Assembly (NCBI GenBank): GCA_964608295.1
Contig: CAZSOM010000001.1
Coordinates: 1-25,481, forward strand
Direction of reading: 5' to 3'
Source: an uncultured Candidatus Cloacimonadota bacterium
GTDB taxonomy: Bacteria; Cloacimonadota; Cloacimonadia; Cloacimonadales; TCS61
Length of the DNA stretch: 25,481 nucleotides
A program made the position numbers and the translations under genes. Positions 7,346 through 16,017 of this stretch are shown piece by piece. Each line of letters begins with the position of its first letter. Positions within the stretch are counted from its first letter, which is position 1. Under the pieces are notes generated by a model. That model worked only from the letters and a program-made list of their open reading frames with translations, ran no database searches and had not been told where the DNA came from.

Positions 7346-8722
7346 ATGATAAAATATATAATTTTCCTATTCCTTATCTCAATCAGTTTGATCCATGCTC
7401 AATCAGTTTCTACAGATTCTTTACAAACCAATTCTGCTGTAAAATGTTCGAATCCTAAGAATTTTAAACTAGCTGCCAGTGAAGCGATTGGCATAAATTT
7501 AGGGGTGTGGAGTGTTGATAACTATATTGCTAAAGCGGAATGGGCTAATATCAGTATAAAATCTGTTAAGCATAATTTGCAAAGCGGTTTTGTGTTTGAT
7601 GATAGTGACTTCTTGATGAACCAATTTCTACATCCTTATCATGGCAATCTCTACTTCAACTCTGCACGCAGTAACGGTTTCAATTTTTGGGAATCAACAC
7701 CATTCTCTCTGGCTGGAAGTTTCATGTGGGAAATGTTCATGGAGATCGAAGAACCTTCCAATAACGATTTGATAACAACAACCATGGGTGGTATCATGCT
7801 GGGTGAAATTACCTGGCGTGTTTCTTCTTTAATATTGGATGATTCCGCTACCGGATCGGAACGAACCTGGAGAGAAATTGGGGCTGGAGTTATTAATCCA
7901 ATACGCGGTATAAACAGACTATTCCAAGGTAGAACCAAAACAAAAAGTCGATTTCATAATCAGCAACGTGAAGATGTGTTGGCAGAGATTTCACTGGGTG
8001 GAAACACTGTAGGGGAAGGAATGAATATTTTTCAAGGTAAAGAATCGCCTCTTCTTAAAGCCCAGCTTGTTTATGGAACTCCTTTCAAAAATGAAAAACG
8101 TAAACCATTTGATTATTTTAATCTGCATTTAGGAATTAACCTGAAAGGTGTGGATACAATAACTAATTTCTATGGTGATGCCCTGCTTTGGGGCAGTAAT
8201 TTCAATTTTCAGGGAAACACGGGTGAGATGGCGCAAGACAATCTTTTTGGTGCTTTTCAACACTTTGATTATCTGGCAAATGATGTTTATAAGATAGCTG
8301 CCAGTGGAGTTGGGGGTGGAGTGATCTCTCGTTTTTCAGCCTACGAAGGAATGAACCTTTTCACATCCTGTCATGTTTCCGCCATCATCATGGGTGGCAG
8401 CAACTCTGTTTATGCACAACAGGCTCATCGCGATTACAATCTTGGACCAGGTTACAGTAGTAAATTTGAAGGTTGGTTGATTAACGAAAAATATGGAGAA
8501 ATGTATGTAGGTTATCTGCGTTACTGGCTTTATACTCTAAGTGGGGCAGATGGTACTGAAGCAATTGAGATTTCTAATTACCGGGTGGATACACCGATCA
8601 GTAAACACTTCAAGCTAGGTTTGGAGTATTTATATTATTTAAGAAATGGTAAATATGACAATTACAAAGATGTTGTAGCCAAAAACAACGAACTGCGAAG
8701 CTTTATTTCTTATCGATTTTAA
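7346..8722 (+). CDS. DUF3943-domain outer-membrane protein
   Basis: GAGGT RBS favours ATG 7346. Signal peptide, motif NQFLHPYHG-x-LYFNSARSNG...WEMFME-x-EEPS-x-NDLITTT-x-GG-x2-LGE, and a beta-barrel-like C-terminus ending SFISYRF*. Confidence 0.8.
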   Translation: MIKYIIFLFLISISLIHAQSVSTDSLQTNSAVKCSNPKNFKLAASEAIGINLGVWSVDNYIAKAEWANISIKSVKHNLQSGFVFDDSDFLMNQFLHPYHGNLYFNSARSNGFNFWESTPFSLAGSFMWEMFMEIEEPSNNDLITTTMGGIMLGEITWRVSSLILDDSATGSERTWREIGAGVINPIRGINRLFQGRTKTKSRFHNQQREDVLAEISLGGNTVGEGMNIFQGKESPLLKAQLVYGTPFKNEKRKPFDYFNLHLGINLKGVDTITNFYGDALLWGSNFNFQGNTGEMAQDNLFGAFQHFDYLANDVYKIAASGVGGGVISRFSAYEGMNLFTSCHVSAIIMGGSNSVYAQQAHRDYNLGPGYSSKFEGWLINEKYGEMYVGYLRYWLYTLSGADGTEAIEISNYRVDTPISKHFKLGLEYLYYLRNGKYDNYKDVVAKNNELRSFISYRF

Positions 8723-8738
8723 CTTCAGTATTCCCACA

Positions 8739-8826
8739 TTTTGAACAATTTAATAAATAATTCAAAAAAGGTGTTGACACATTTTCTCTATCTAAATTTT
8801 TGAACTTATGAATGAAAAGTTAAAAT
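8739..8826 (+). promoter_or_regulatory. Promoter and operator region of efflux operon 1 (TTGACA 8774-8779; two 29-bp pseudo-palindromes)
   Basis: TTTTGAAC-N13-ATTCAAAA at 8739-8767 and TTTTGAAC-N13-GTTAAAAT at 8798-8826. Homologous to 15335-15421. Confidence 0.6.
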
Positions 8827-8840
8827 TAGGAGGAAGAGAT

Positions 8841-9410
8841 ATGAATCGTCGTGAAGAAATCTTGGCAGCGGCTCAAAATGCCTTCCAGAAATTTGGGATC
8901 GAAAAGATCACACTGGAGGATATTGCCGGAGAATGCGGAATCCAGAAGACAGCACTTTACTATTACTTTAAGAGTAAAGACGAGATTTTGTCAGAAATGA
9001 TTCTGCTAAAGATCAGAGAGTATCAAACCGACATAGTGGAAGCACTAACAGCAGCAGAAGACGTGAAGGAAAAACTTCGAACCTACATGACAATGAAGAT
9101 CAACATGATGCGTGAGAATATATCCTTTATGCGTTTATTCGAGAAAGAAAGATTGCCGAATAAAGCAAAAAATTTCCTGGAGAAGCACAGAAAGGACATT
9201 ATGGAAACGGATTTTTGTCTTATTAAAGACATAATCGAGCAGGGGATCAGAAATCACCGGGTTTCTTTTAAATTGAATGATTCTCTGGTTTTGATGATCT
9301 TGGGTGTAACTTACGGTACTTTTATTGGACGTTTCTTGGAAAATGAAGATTGGGATATCGACGAAATGATCAATACATCTATCGAAGTTATCTTCAACGG
9401 GATTAGATAA
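8841..9410 (+). CDS. TetR/AcrR-family transcriptional regulator (copy 1)
   Basis: AGGAGG at 8828-8833 favours ATG 8841. N-terminal HTH ITLEDIAGECGIQKTALYYYFKSKDEI. Confidence 0.95.
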   Translation: MNRREEILAAAQNAFQKFGIEKITLEDIAGECGIQKTALYYYFKSKDEILSEMILLKIREYQTDIVEALTAAEDVKEKLRTYMTMKINMMRENISFMRLFEKERLPNKAKNFLEKHRKDIMETDFCLIKDIIEQGIRNHRVSFKLNDSLVLMILGVTYGTFIGRFLENEDWDIDEMINTSIEVIFNGIR

Positions 9411-9421
9411 ACGGAGGTTTT

Positions 9422-10837
9422 ATGAAGAAATTTAACAATATATCTGTATTAATGTGTTTAGCTTTTATGTTGTTGCTATCTCCGGCAGCAGCGACCCACC
9501 ACAAGTTATCTCTGGAAGAATGCAAACAGCTGGTCTTGGAAAATAATAAGACTATTGCAGCTGTACAGGAAGAAGCAGATGCGGCAAAATGTAATAAAAA
9601 CTCTGTCTTTACCAATTTTCTTCCCCAGGTAAAAGCAATAGGAAATTACACACACTTGCATCAGGAAGTAGAGTATGATTTGAATGATACTTTTACTGAT
9701 TTATTAAATGGAATGCAGGAATTTAGCAATTTTGCGGGTCTTGGTGTAGAAAACGATATTTTCTATCAAACACTTTCAGCTATGTATGCCAATGGATTGC
9801 TGGATGAATCTCTGGCTCTTCAGCTTCTACCGAAAGATAACTATGCAATCAGCGTTGTTTTATCACAACCAGTTTTTACAGGTGGAAAGATCATTGAGCA
9901 ATACAGGATCAGTAATTCTCAGGAAAAAATAAGTCAAGCTCAGCAGGTCTTAACACGTCAGGAAGTTTTGCAGCGTACGGAAGAGTTGTATTGGCAGACT
10001 GTAAGCCTGAAAGAAAAAGTAGAATTAGCCAACCAATATAAAACCACGGTTAATGTACATTGGCAGGATCTGAAAAACTTGGAAGCTGAAGGTATTATTA
10101 CTAAAAGTGATCTGCTTAGAGTGGAAGTAATGTACAACAAAGCAGAACTGCAGCTGCAGAGAGCACAGAACGGTTTAACTTTGGTCAAGCTTGCTTTGAA
10201 GCAGGTTATCGGATTACCTTTAAATGAAGAATTAGAAATCTCTGATGATAGAATTGAAAATGATTCTTCCTGGGAAAATTCTTCAGAATCAGGTGACCGA
10301 CCTGAACTTCTTATGCTCCAGCAGGGCATAAATATCAGTAAAAGTCTGAAACGTATAAACCTGGCACGCTATTGCCCGAATATAATGTTTAATGCCGGTT
10401 ACAACTGGTTGAATCCCAATCCCTACGATAATTTTACAGAAGAATTCGGTGAAGATTGGTCGGTGGGAGTTAGTTTCGAGATGGATATTTTTGGTTGGAA
10501 CAAACGAGGCTTTGATTATAGAGCTAGTAAACATCTGCAACGCGCTGCCGAAAAGAGATATCAAGAAACTGAGGAAATGATAGATCTGGAAATTGAGCAA
10601 TGTAAATTCAAAGTGGCAGAAAGTAGAACCAGGATAAACATGTGCAAAAAGAATTATGCCAAAGCAGATGAAAATTTAAAAGAAACAACTAATCGCAATC
10701 ACGAAGGTCTGGTTAGCAGTTCAGATGTTCTTGATGCCCAGGTTTTGTGGCAGGAAGCATATTCCAGTCTGATCGACGCAAAGTCAGAATTTAAAATTGA
10801 ACAGGTAAGTCTAAAAAAAGCAATGGGAATTTTATAA
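9422..10837 (+). CDS. TolC-family outer-membrane efflux channel (copy 1)
   Basis: Signal peptide, LSLEEC-x3-V-x-ENN start, QPVFTGGK and EGLVSSSDVLDAQ motifs, and its position in a TetR-OMF-MFP-RND operon. Confidence 0.93.
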   Translation: MKKFNNISVLMCLAFMLLLSPAAATHHKLSLEECKQLVLENNKTIAAVQEEADAAKCNKNSVFTNFLPQVKAIGNYTHLHQEVEYDLNDTFTDLLNGMQEFSNFAGLGVENDIFYQTLSAMYANGLLDESLALQLLPKDNYAISVVLSQPVFTGGKIIEQYRISNSQEKISQAQQVLTRQEVLQRTEELYWQTVSLKEKVELANQYKTTVNVHWQDLKNLEAEGIITKSDLLRVEVMYNKAELQLQRAQNGLTLVKLALKQVIGLPLNEELEISDDRIENDSSWENSSESGDRPELLMLQQGINISKSLKRINLARYCPNIMFNAGYNWLNPNPYDNFTEEFGEDWSVGVSFEMDIFGWNKRGFDYRASKHLQRAAEKRYQETEEMIDLEIEQCKFKVAESRTRINMCKKNYAKADENLKETTNRNHEGLVSSSDVLDAQVLWQEAYSSLIDAKSEFKIEQVSLKKAMGIL

Positions 10838-10847
10838 GGAGAATACA

Positions 10848-11882
10848 ATGAAAAAAAATCTATTGATGATAATGTTGGTAAGCTTTGCCGTATGGAGCTG
10901 CAGTAATAAAGAAATAACAGAAACTCAGGAACAGGTAATACCAGTGAAAGTGGTTAAAAGCCAGTTAAAAACATTTGAACCTGTAATGGAATTTGCCGGT
11001 ACTCTAATGCCTAATCAGGAAACAAATTTGGGAGCCATTTTACCTGGTAGAGTAGAAGAAATCTATTACAATGAAGGAGATATAGTAGAAGAAGGCGCAC
11101 TTCTTGTTGAACTTTCCGGAGAATTGCTTGCCCAGGCAGAAATCGAATATAAAACCTACGAAAAAGATTATTTGCGTATGAAACGTCTTTTCGAAAAAGG
11201 ATCGATACCGGAAATAGATTATGACCATGTAAAAGCCCAGTATGAGGCAAAATACGAACGCTATAAACTTTTGAAAAAAAACACTCAAATCAGGGCACCA
11301 TTCAGTGGTGTTATTGCTCAGCATCTGGTGAATAAAGGAGAAAATTATATGTTTGTTCCGGCTTTAAAGATGGGTTATTCTCATGCTCCAGGTGTGATCA
11401 GGCTGATGCAGATCGATCCCGTTAAAGTACGCATTGAAGTGAATGAAGAAATGCTAGCCGCAATCTGGACTGGTCAGTTGGCAGAAGTGTCATTTGATGC
11501 AGTAGCAGGAAAAACATTTACGGGTAAGATCACTCTTATTCAGCCTTTTATCGATCAGATGAGCCATACTTCACAAGTGGAAATTACCATTGCTAATCCC
11601 AATGGAATTCTCAAACCTGGTATGTTCAGCCGTGTCAAAATTGCTCAGAGATCCCAGCAAGCTGTTTTTGTACCTTTACAAAGCATTATTCACCTGTCCG
11701 GAACAGCTCGTGATTATGTGATTACTATAGAATCCGACAAACCGGAGAGAATTGAAATAGAAAAACTCTACACTATCGATAATGAAGTTGCTGTAAAAGG
11801 TATAAATGAAAATATATTCGTCATTACAGCTGGGAAAAGCCGTGTTGATGAAGATAGTAAGATCAAGATTATCGAAGATTAG
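10848..11882 (+). CDS. RND periplasmic adaptor (membrane fusion protein) lipoprotein (copy 1)
   Basis: Lipobox VWS|C, lipoyl half-motifs GRVEEIYYNEGDIVEEG and IRAPFSGVI, and LKPGMF. Confidence 0.94.
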   Translation: MKKNLLMIMLVSFAVWSCSNKEITETQEQVIPVKVVKSQLKTFEPVMEFAGTLMPNQETNLGAILPGRVEEIYYNEGDIVEEGALLVELSGELLAQAEIEYKTYEKDYLRMKRLFEKGSIPEIDYDHVKAQYEAKYERYKLLKKNTQIRAPFSGVIAQHLVNKGENYMFVPALKMGYSHAPGVIRLMQIDPVKVRIEVNEEMLAAIWTGQLAEVSFDAVAGKTFTGKITLIQPFIDQMSHTSQVEITIANPNGILKPGMFSRVKIAQRSQQAVFVPLQSIIHLSGTARDYVITIESDKPERIEIEKLYTIDNEVAVKGINENIFVITAGKSRVDEDSKIKIIED

Positions 11883-11890
11883 GAGAAATT

Positions 11891-14800
11891 ATGCAACTTC
11901 CTAAAATAGCAGTAAAAAGACCTATTTCCACGATTATGTTTTTCCTGGCAATTCTGTTGTTGGGTCTGGTTTCGTTAAAAATGCTTCCGCTTGATGTTAT
12001 GCCGGATATGGAACTTCCTACATTAACCGTTATTACGGTTTTTCCGGGAGCATCAGCAGAAGAAGTGGAACAGCAGGTTACAAAAGAATTGGAAGGAACA
12101 CTTTCAGGTGCCGAAAACCTGAAAAAACTAACTTCAACCTCCAAGGAAAATGTTTCATTTGTATCTATGCAGTACAGCTGGGGAGCCGATATTACCGAGG
12201 CTGCTAATAATGCCCGTGATCTATTGGAACTGTCTAAAAGGCATTTACCAAATGATGCTCACGATCCCATAATCTACAAAATCAATAGCAGCATGATGCC
12301 GGTGATTGTAATAGGAATATCAGCAGAAGAAAATTTCTACGGGCTGGAGAATATCATCGAAGATAAAATCACCACCAGACTGCGTAAGATTGAAGGCGTG
12401 GGTTCGGTGCTTTCATTAGGTTACCCAGAGCGTGAGATCAAGATCAATGTGGATCCACAGAAATTATATGCCTACAAGATATCCATGCAGATGATCTCTA
12501 CGATATTACAAGCAGAAAACATAACCATCCCGGGTGGTAGTATCAAGGTCGGCAGCAGTGAATTTACTGTGAAAGTACCTGGAGAATTTTCCAATATTGA
12601 AGAAATAAAAGAGATCGTTCTAATAAATTTCAACGGCAGGATCGTACGGGTTGCTGATATAGCTGAGGTACAAGACGGTTTCAAGGAAAAGGATGAGTTT
12701 GCTCATACCAGAGACAGTCGTTCAGCTGTCGTAATGATCCAGAAACAGAGTGGTACTAATACTCTGAAAGTAGTCAATGCACTACGAAACGAATTGAAAC
12801 TGATAGAGAATACACTTCCGGAAGATGTAGAATTAAACGAAGTAATAGCAACAGACGAACTTGTTACAGAATCAATTCGTAATCTTTCCAGTACTCTCTG
12901 GTATGCCTTCATCTTTGTAATCTTAGTAGTTTTTGCTTTCCTGCGTGAATGGAGATCTTCACTCATCATCTCACTTACCATACCCTTTTCTCTGATCAGT
13001 GCATTTATCCTGATGTTCCTGGCTGGATATTCCATCAATATCTTTTCCTTGATGGCATTGGTTATTGCGATCGGAATGGTTGTGGATAATGCGATTGTAG
13101 TAATGGAAAACATAACCCAGCATATAGAAAAAGGAACCCGTCCCGACCAGGCAGCAATTTATGGAACCAGCGAAATGGGAACGGCAATTGTTGCTTCTAC
13201 AGCTACTACGCTCATGGTTTTTCTGCCCATGGTGTTTATGGGTGGAATTGTAGGAGTAATGTTTAAGCAGCTGGCTATTATTACAACTGTAACTCTTTTC
13301 GCTTCTTTGATCGCAGCAATGAGTTTAACTCCTATGCTGGCTTCAAGGTTCATCAGACCGCACAGTAAAGAGAAGACAAAACATGGTCGGTTGTTCCAGG
13401 TTACAGAAAGACTATTTACTTCGGTGGAAAACCGCTACAAGAAAATTTTGATTTGGTCTGTGACAAATAGGAAACTGGTATATGTTATTGTAATTGTAAT
13501 ATTTGGAGTAACTATGTGGATGGGTACTACTCTGGGAACAGATTATATTGCCGAATTTGATGCTGGAGATGTGAGTACTGTATTCAAATTGGAAGTAGGA
13601 TCTACAGCCGAGGAGACAGACAGGGTTGCACAAAATGTTAAGCAGATCTTTATTGAAGAGATACCAGAAATGAATCCCAGCAGTTTGATAACAGTTGCCG
13701 GGCAAACAGAGAGTGGTTTACTCTCTATGGTAGGTTTTTCCGAAGGTAAAAATGTGAGTACTGTTCTGTGTCATCTTTCCCTTTGCAACGAACGTGACCG
13801 AAGTGCAAAAGAGATTGCTGATGTGATCAGGAAAAGAATGACGGAAATTCCTGAAATTGTTGATTATCATGTAACAGGTGGCAGTATTCTCTCGGCTGGA
13901 TTATTGGGAAATCTGAAACCGATTGAAATTGAAATTTCGGGAGATGATCTCGTTCAGATTAATGCTATAGCTGATACCCTGGAAAAATATCTACAAAAAG
14001 AAAACGGATTCAAAGATGTACAAACAACCGTTGATCCAGGGAAACTGGAGATCCAGATCATCGTTGATAAGAAGAAAGCTTCTCAACTGGCTTTAAATAC
14101 AGCTATGATCGGTTTGCAGATTCGTCAGAGTATTTTCGGTACGGAATCAGGTGAGTTTACCGAAAATGGAGAAGATTATGATATTACCCTGAGATATAAT
14201 CCGGAAAGCAGAAATGATATAAATAAGCTTCATAATATAACTCTCACAAACCTGACAGGGAATCAGATAAAATTAGAACAGGTTGCCCGAATCGTTGAAG
14301 ACAGTGGTGTACTGGAAATTGAACATAAAGCTCAGCAACGTATTGTGTATGTGAAATCTGAAGTTGAGGATCTTTCACTGGGAGATGCAGCTCAGAGAGC
14401 AGAAGAGATCATTTCGCAGATAGATAAACCGGAAAATATTGATATTCGCTTGGGTGGTCAGGTTACGGAACAGCAGGATTCATTTGGAGATCTCTATCTG
14501 ATCCTGATTTTAGGTATTCTTCTGGTTTACATGATCATGGCTGCACAGTTTGAGTCATTTAAGGATCCTTTCATTATCATGTTTGCTGTTCCTTTTACAT
14601 TTATCGGCATTATCTGGGCTTTTAAACTTACCGGCTTGACTCTGAGTGTTACAACCTTTATCGGTATGATTATGTTGATGGGAATTGTGGTGAATAATGG
14701 TATCGTTCTGGTAACTTACACGAACCTATTACGTGCTAGAGGGAATACACTTGTTAAAGCAGTAACTGATGCAGGTCATTCCAGGCTTCGTCCGGTTTTG

Positions 14801-14992
14801 ATGACTTCACTGACTACAATTCTGGCGATGGTGCCGATGGCTTTGAGTAAAGGAATGGGTAAAGAAATGTATTCACCGCTAGGTGTAACTTTGATCGGAG
14901 GACTGCTGGTTTCCACCTTGATCACGCTGATTTTAGTACCGGTTATCTACACCAGCTTGAATCGTAAATCTCTAGTAGAGGAGGAAAAATAA
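11891..14992 (+). CDS. RND efflux permease, AcrB/AcrD/AcrF (HAE1-like) family (copy 1)
   Basis: 1033 aa with two large periplasmic domains. TM4 GMVVDNAIVVMENI, TM10 GIVVNNGI, TM11 RLRPVLMTS. Confidence 0.96.
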   Translation: MQLPKIAVKRPISTIMFFLAILLLGLVSLKMLPLDVMPDMELPTLTVITVFPGASAEEVEQQVTKELEGTLSGAENLKKLTSTSKENVSFVSMQYSWGADITEAANNARDLLELSKRHLPNDAHDPIIYKINSSMMPVIVIGISAEENFYGLENIIEDKITTRLRKIEGVGSVLSLGYPEREIKINVDPQKLYAYKISMQMISTILQAENITIPGGSIKVGSSEFTVKVPGEFSNIEEIKEIVLINFNGRIVRVADIAEVQDGFKEKDEFAHTRDSRSAVVMIQKQSGTNTLKVVNALRNELKLIENTLPEDVELNEVIATDELVTESIRNLSSTLWYAFIFVILVVFAFLREWRSSLIISLTIPFSLISAFILMFLAGYSINIFSLMALVIAIGMVVDNAIVVMENITQHIEKGTRPDQAAIYGTSEMGTAIVASTATTLMVFLPMVFMGGIVGVMFKQLAIITTVTLFASLIAAMSLTPMLASRFIRPHSKEKTKHGRLFQVTERLFTSVENRYKKILIWSVTNRKLVYVIVIVIFGVTMWMGTTLGTDYIAEFDAGDVSTVFKLEVGSTAEETDRVAQNVKQIFIEEIPEMNPSSLITVAGQTESGLLSMVGFSEGKNVSTVLCHLSLCNERDRSAKEIADVIRKRMTEIPEIVDYHVTGGSILSAGLLGNLKPIEIEISGDDLVQINAIADTLEKYLQKENGFKDVQTTVDPGKLEIQIIVDKKKASQLALNTAMIGLQIRQSIFGTESGEFTENGEDYDITLRYNPESRNDINKLHNITLTNLTGNQIKLEQVARIVEDSGVLEIEHKAQQRIVYVKSEVEDLSLGDAAQRAEEIISQIDKPENIDIRLGGQVTEQQDSFGDLYLILILGILLVYMIMAAQFESFKDPFIIMFAVPFTFIGIIWAFKLTGLTLSVTTFIGMIMLMGIVVNNGIVLVTYTNLLRARGNTLVKAVTDAGHSRLRPVLMTSLTTILAMVPMALSKGMGKEMYSPLGVTLIGGLLVSTLITLILVPVIYTSLNRKSLVEEEK

Positions 14993-15294
14993 TGAACATG
15001 ATCTATATAACCTGTGATATTGCCGTTCTTGAGCAGGTCAGGTTTCTAATTGAGAAATTGAATATTAATAGTTATCAGATGATTGAAGAGATCCTGGGAA
15101 AAGCACCCCTGGGAATTCCTCATCTGAATAACGATGTGTGGCCGGGTCATAACTCAATTATTATGGCTCAGCTGCAGGATGATAAAACTGCAGAATTGAA
15201 AAAGGAACTGCAGGGATTCAATCAGAATGTTATGAATAAAAATGAGTTGATAACCTTTGCCTGCTGGTCGCTGGCAGAATACTTCTCTCAATAG
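14992..15294 (+). CDS. Small P-II-like transporter-associated protein (PG0541-like)
   Basis: TAATG overlap with the RND stop. 100 aa with a ferredoxin-like alpha/beta pattern and motif G-x5-PH-x4-WP-x2-NS as recalled for this family. Confidence 0.7.
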   Translation: MNMIYITCDIAVLEQVRFLIEKLNINSYQMIEEILGKAPLGIPHLNNDVWPGHNSIIMAQLQDDKTAELKKELQGFNQNVMNKNELITFACWSLAEYFSQ

Positions 15295-15301
15295 ATGATT
15301 C

Positions 15302-15329
15302 GAGAGCCGGTATTTCCGGCTCTCTTTTT
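15302..15329 (+). terminator. Rho-independent terminator of efflux operon 1
   Basis: Perfect 9-bp stem GAGAGCCGG / CCGGCTCTC, loop TATTT, followed by TTTTT. Confidence 0.85.
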
Positions 15330-15334
15330 CCATA

Positions 15335-15421
15335 ATTTGAACAAAATGGTAAAAAATTAAAAAAGTATTTGACATTATAACACAATTTTAGATTTTGAAT
15401 TTATGAATTAAAAGTTTAAAA
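15335..15421 (+). promoter_or_regulatory. Promoter and operator region of efflux operon 2 (TTGACA 15369-15374; two 29-bp pseudo-palindromes)
   Basis: ATTTGAAC-N13-ATTAAAAA at 15335-15363 and TTTTGAAT-N13-GTTTAAAA at 15393-15421. Homologous to 8739-8826. Confidence 0.6.
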
Positions 15422-15436
15422 TATAAAGGAGGAAAC

Positions 15437-16006
15437 ATGGAACGACGTGAAGAAATTCTAAACGCAGCTCAGAAAGCCTTTCTTAAGTATGGAATAAATA
15501 AGATCACTCTTGATGATATAGCGCAAGAATGCGGAGTAAAAAAAACAGCACTTTACTACTACTTCAAAAGCAAAGATGAGATTCTTGCAGAAATGCTTTT
15601 ATTAAAAATTAACGAATTTGAAGTAAAAGTGAAAGAAGCTGTTGAAGGCGCTAGCAATGTACGTGAAAAATTACGTACATATATGAAGATGAAAATCAAT
15701 CTGATGCGGGAAAATATGCCATTCTTGAAATTGTTTGAGAAGGAATTTTTACCACTCAAAGCTAAAGAGTTTATACATATGCATAAAGCTAGGATTATGG
15801 AATCAGATTTTAGACTGGTAAAGGATGTGATCAAACAGGGTATTGAAAATCAGCGTGTGAGCTTTGAACTTAGTGATTCACTGGTTTTGATGATCCTGGG
15901 AGTGACATATGGATCATTTATTGGACGTTTTTTGGAAAACGCTGATTGGGATATCGATGAGATGATCGATACATCCATTGAAGTTATTTTTAAAGGAATT
16001 GAATAG
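15437..16006 (+). CDS. TetR/AcrR-family transcriptional regulator (copy 2, close paralog of copy 1)
   Basis: AGGAGG RBS and HTH ITLDDIAQECGVKKTALYYYF. Aligns without gaps to copy 1; hand count 135/189 identical. Confidence 0.95.
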   Translation: MERREEILNAAQKAFLKYGINKITLDDIAQECGVKKTALYYYFKSKDEILAEMLLLKINEFEVKVKEAVEGASNVREKLRTYMKMKINLMRENMPFLKLFEKEFLPLKAKEFIHMHKARIMESDFRLVKDVIKQGIENQRVSFELSDSLVLMILGVTYGSFIGRFLENADWDIDEMIDTSIEVIFKGIE

Positions 16007-16017
16007 AGAGGAATTTA

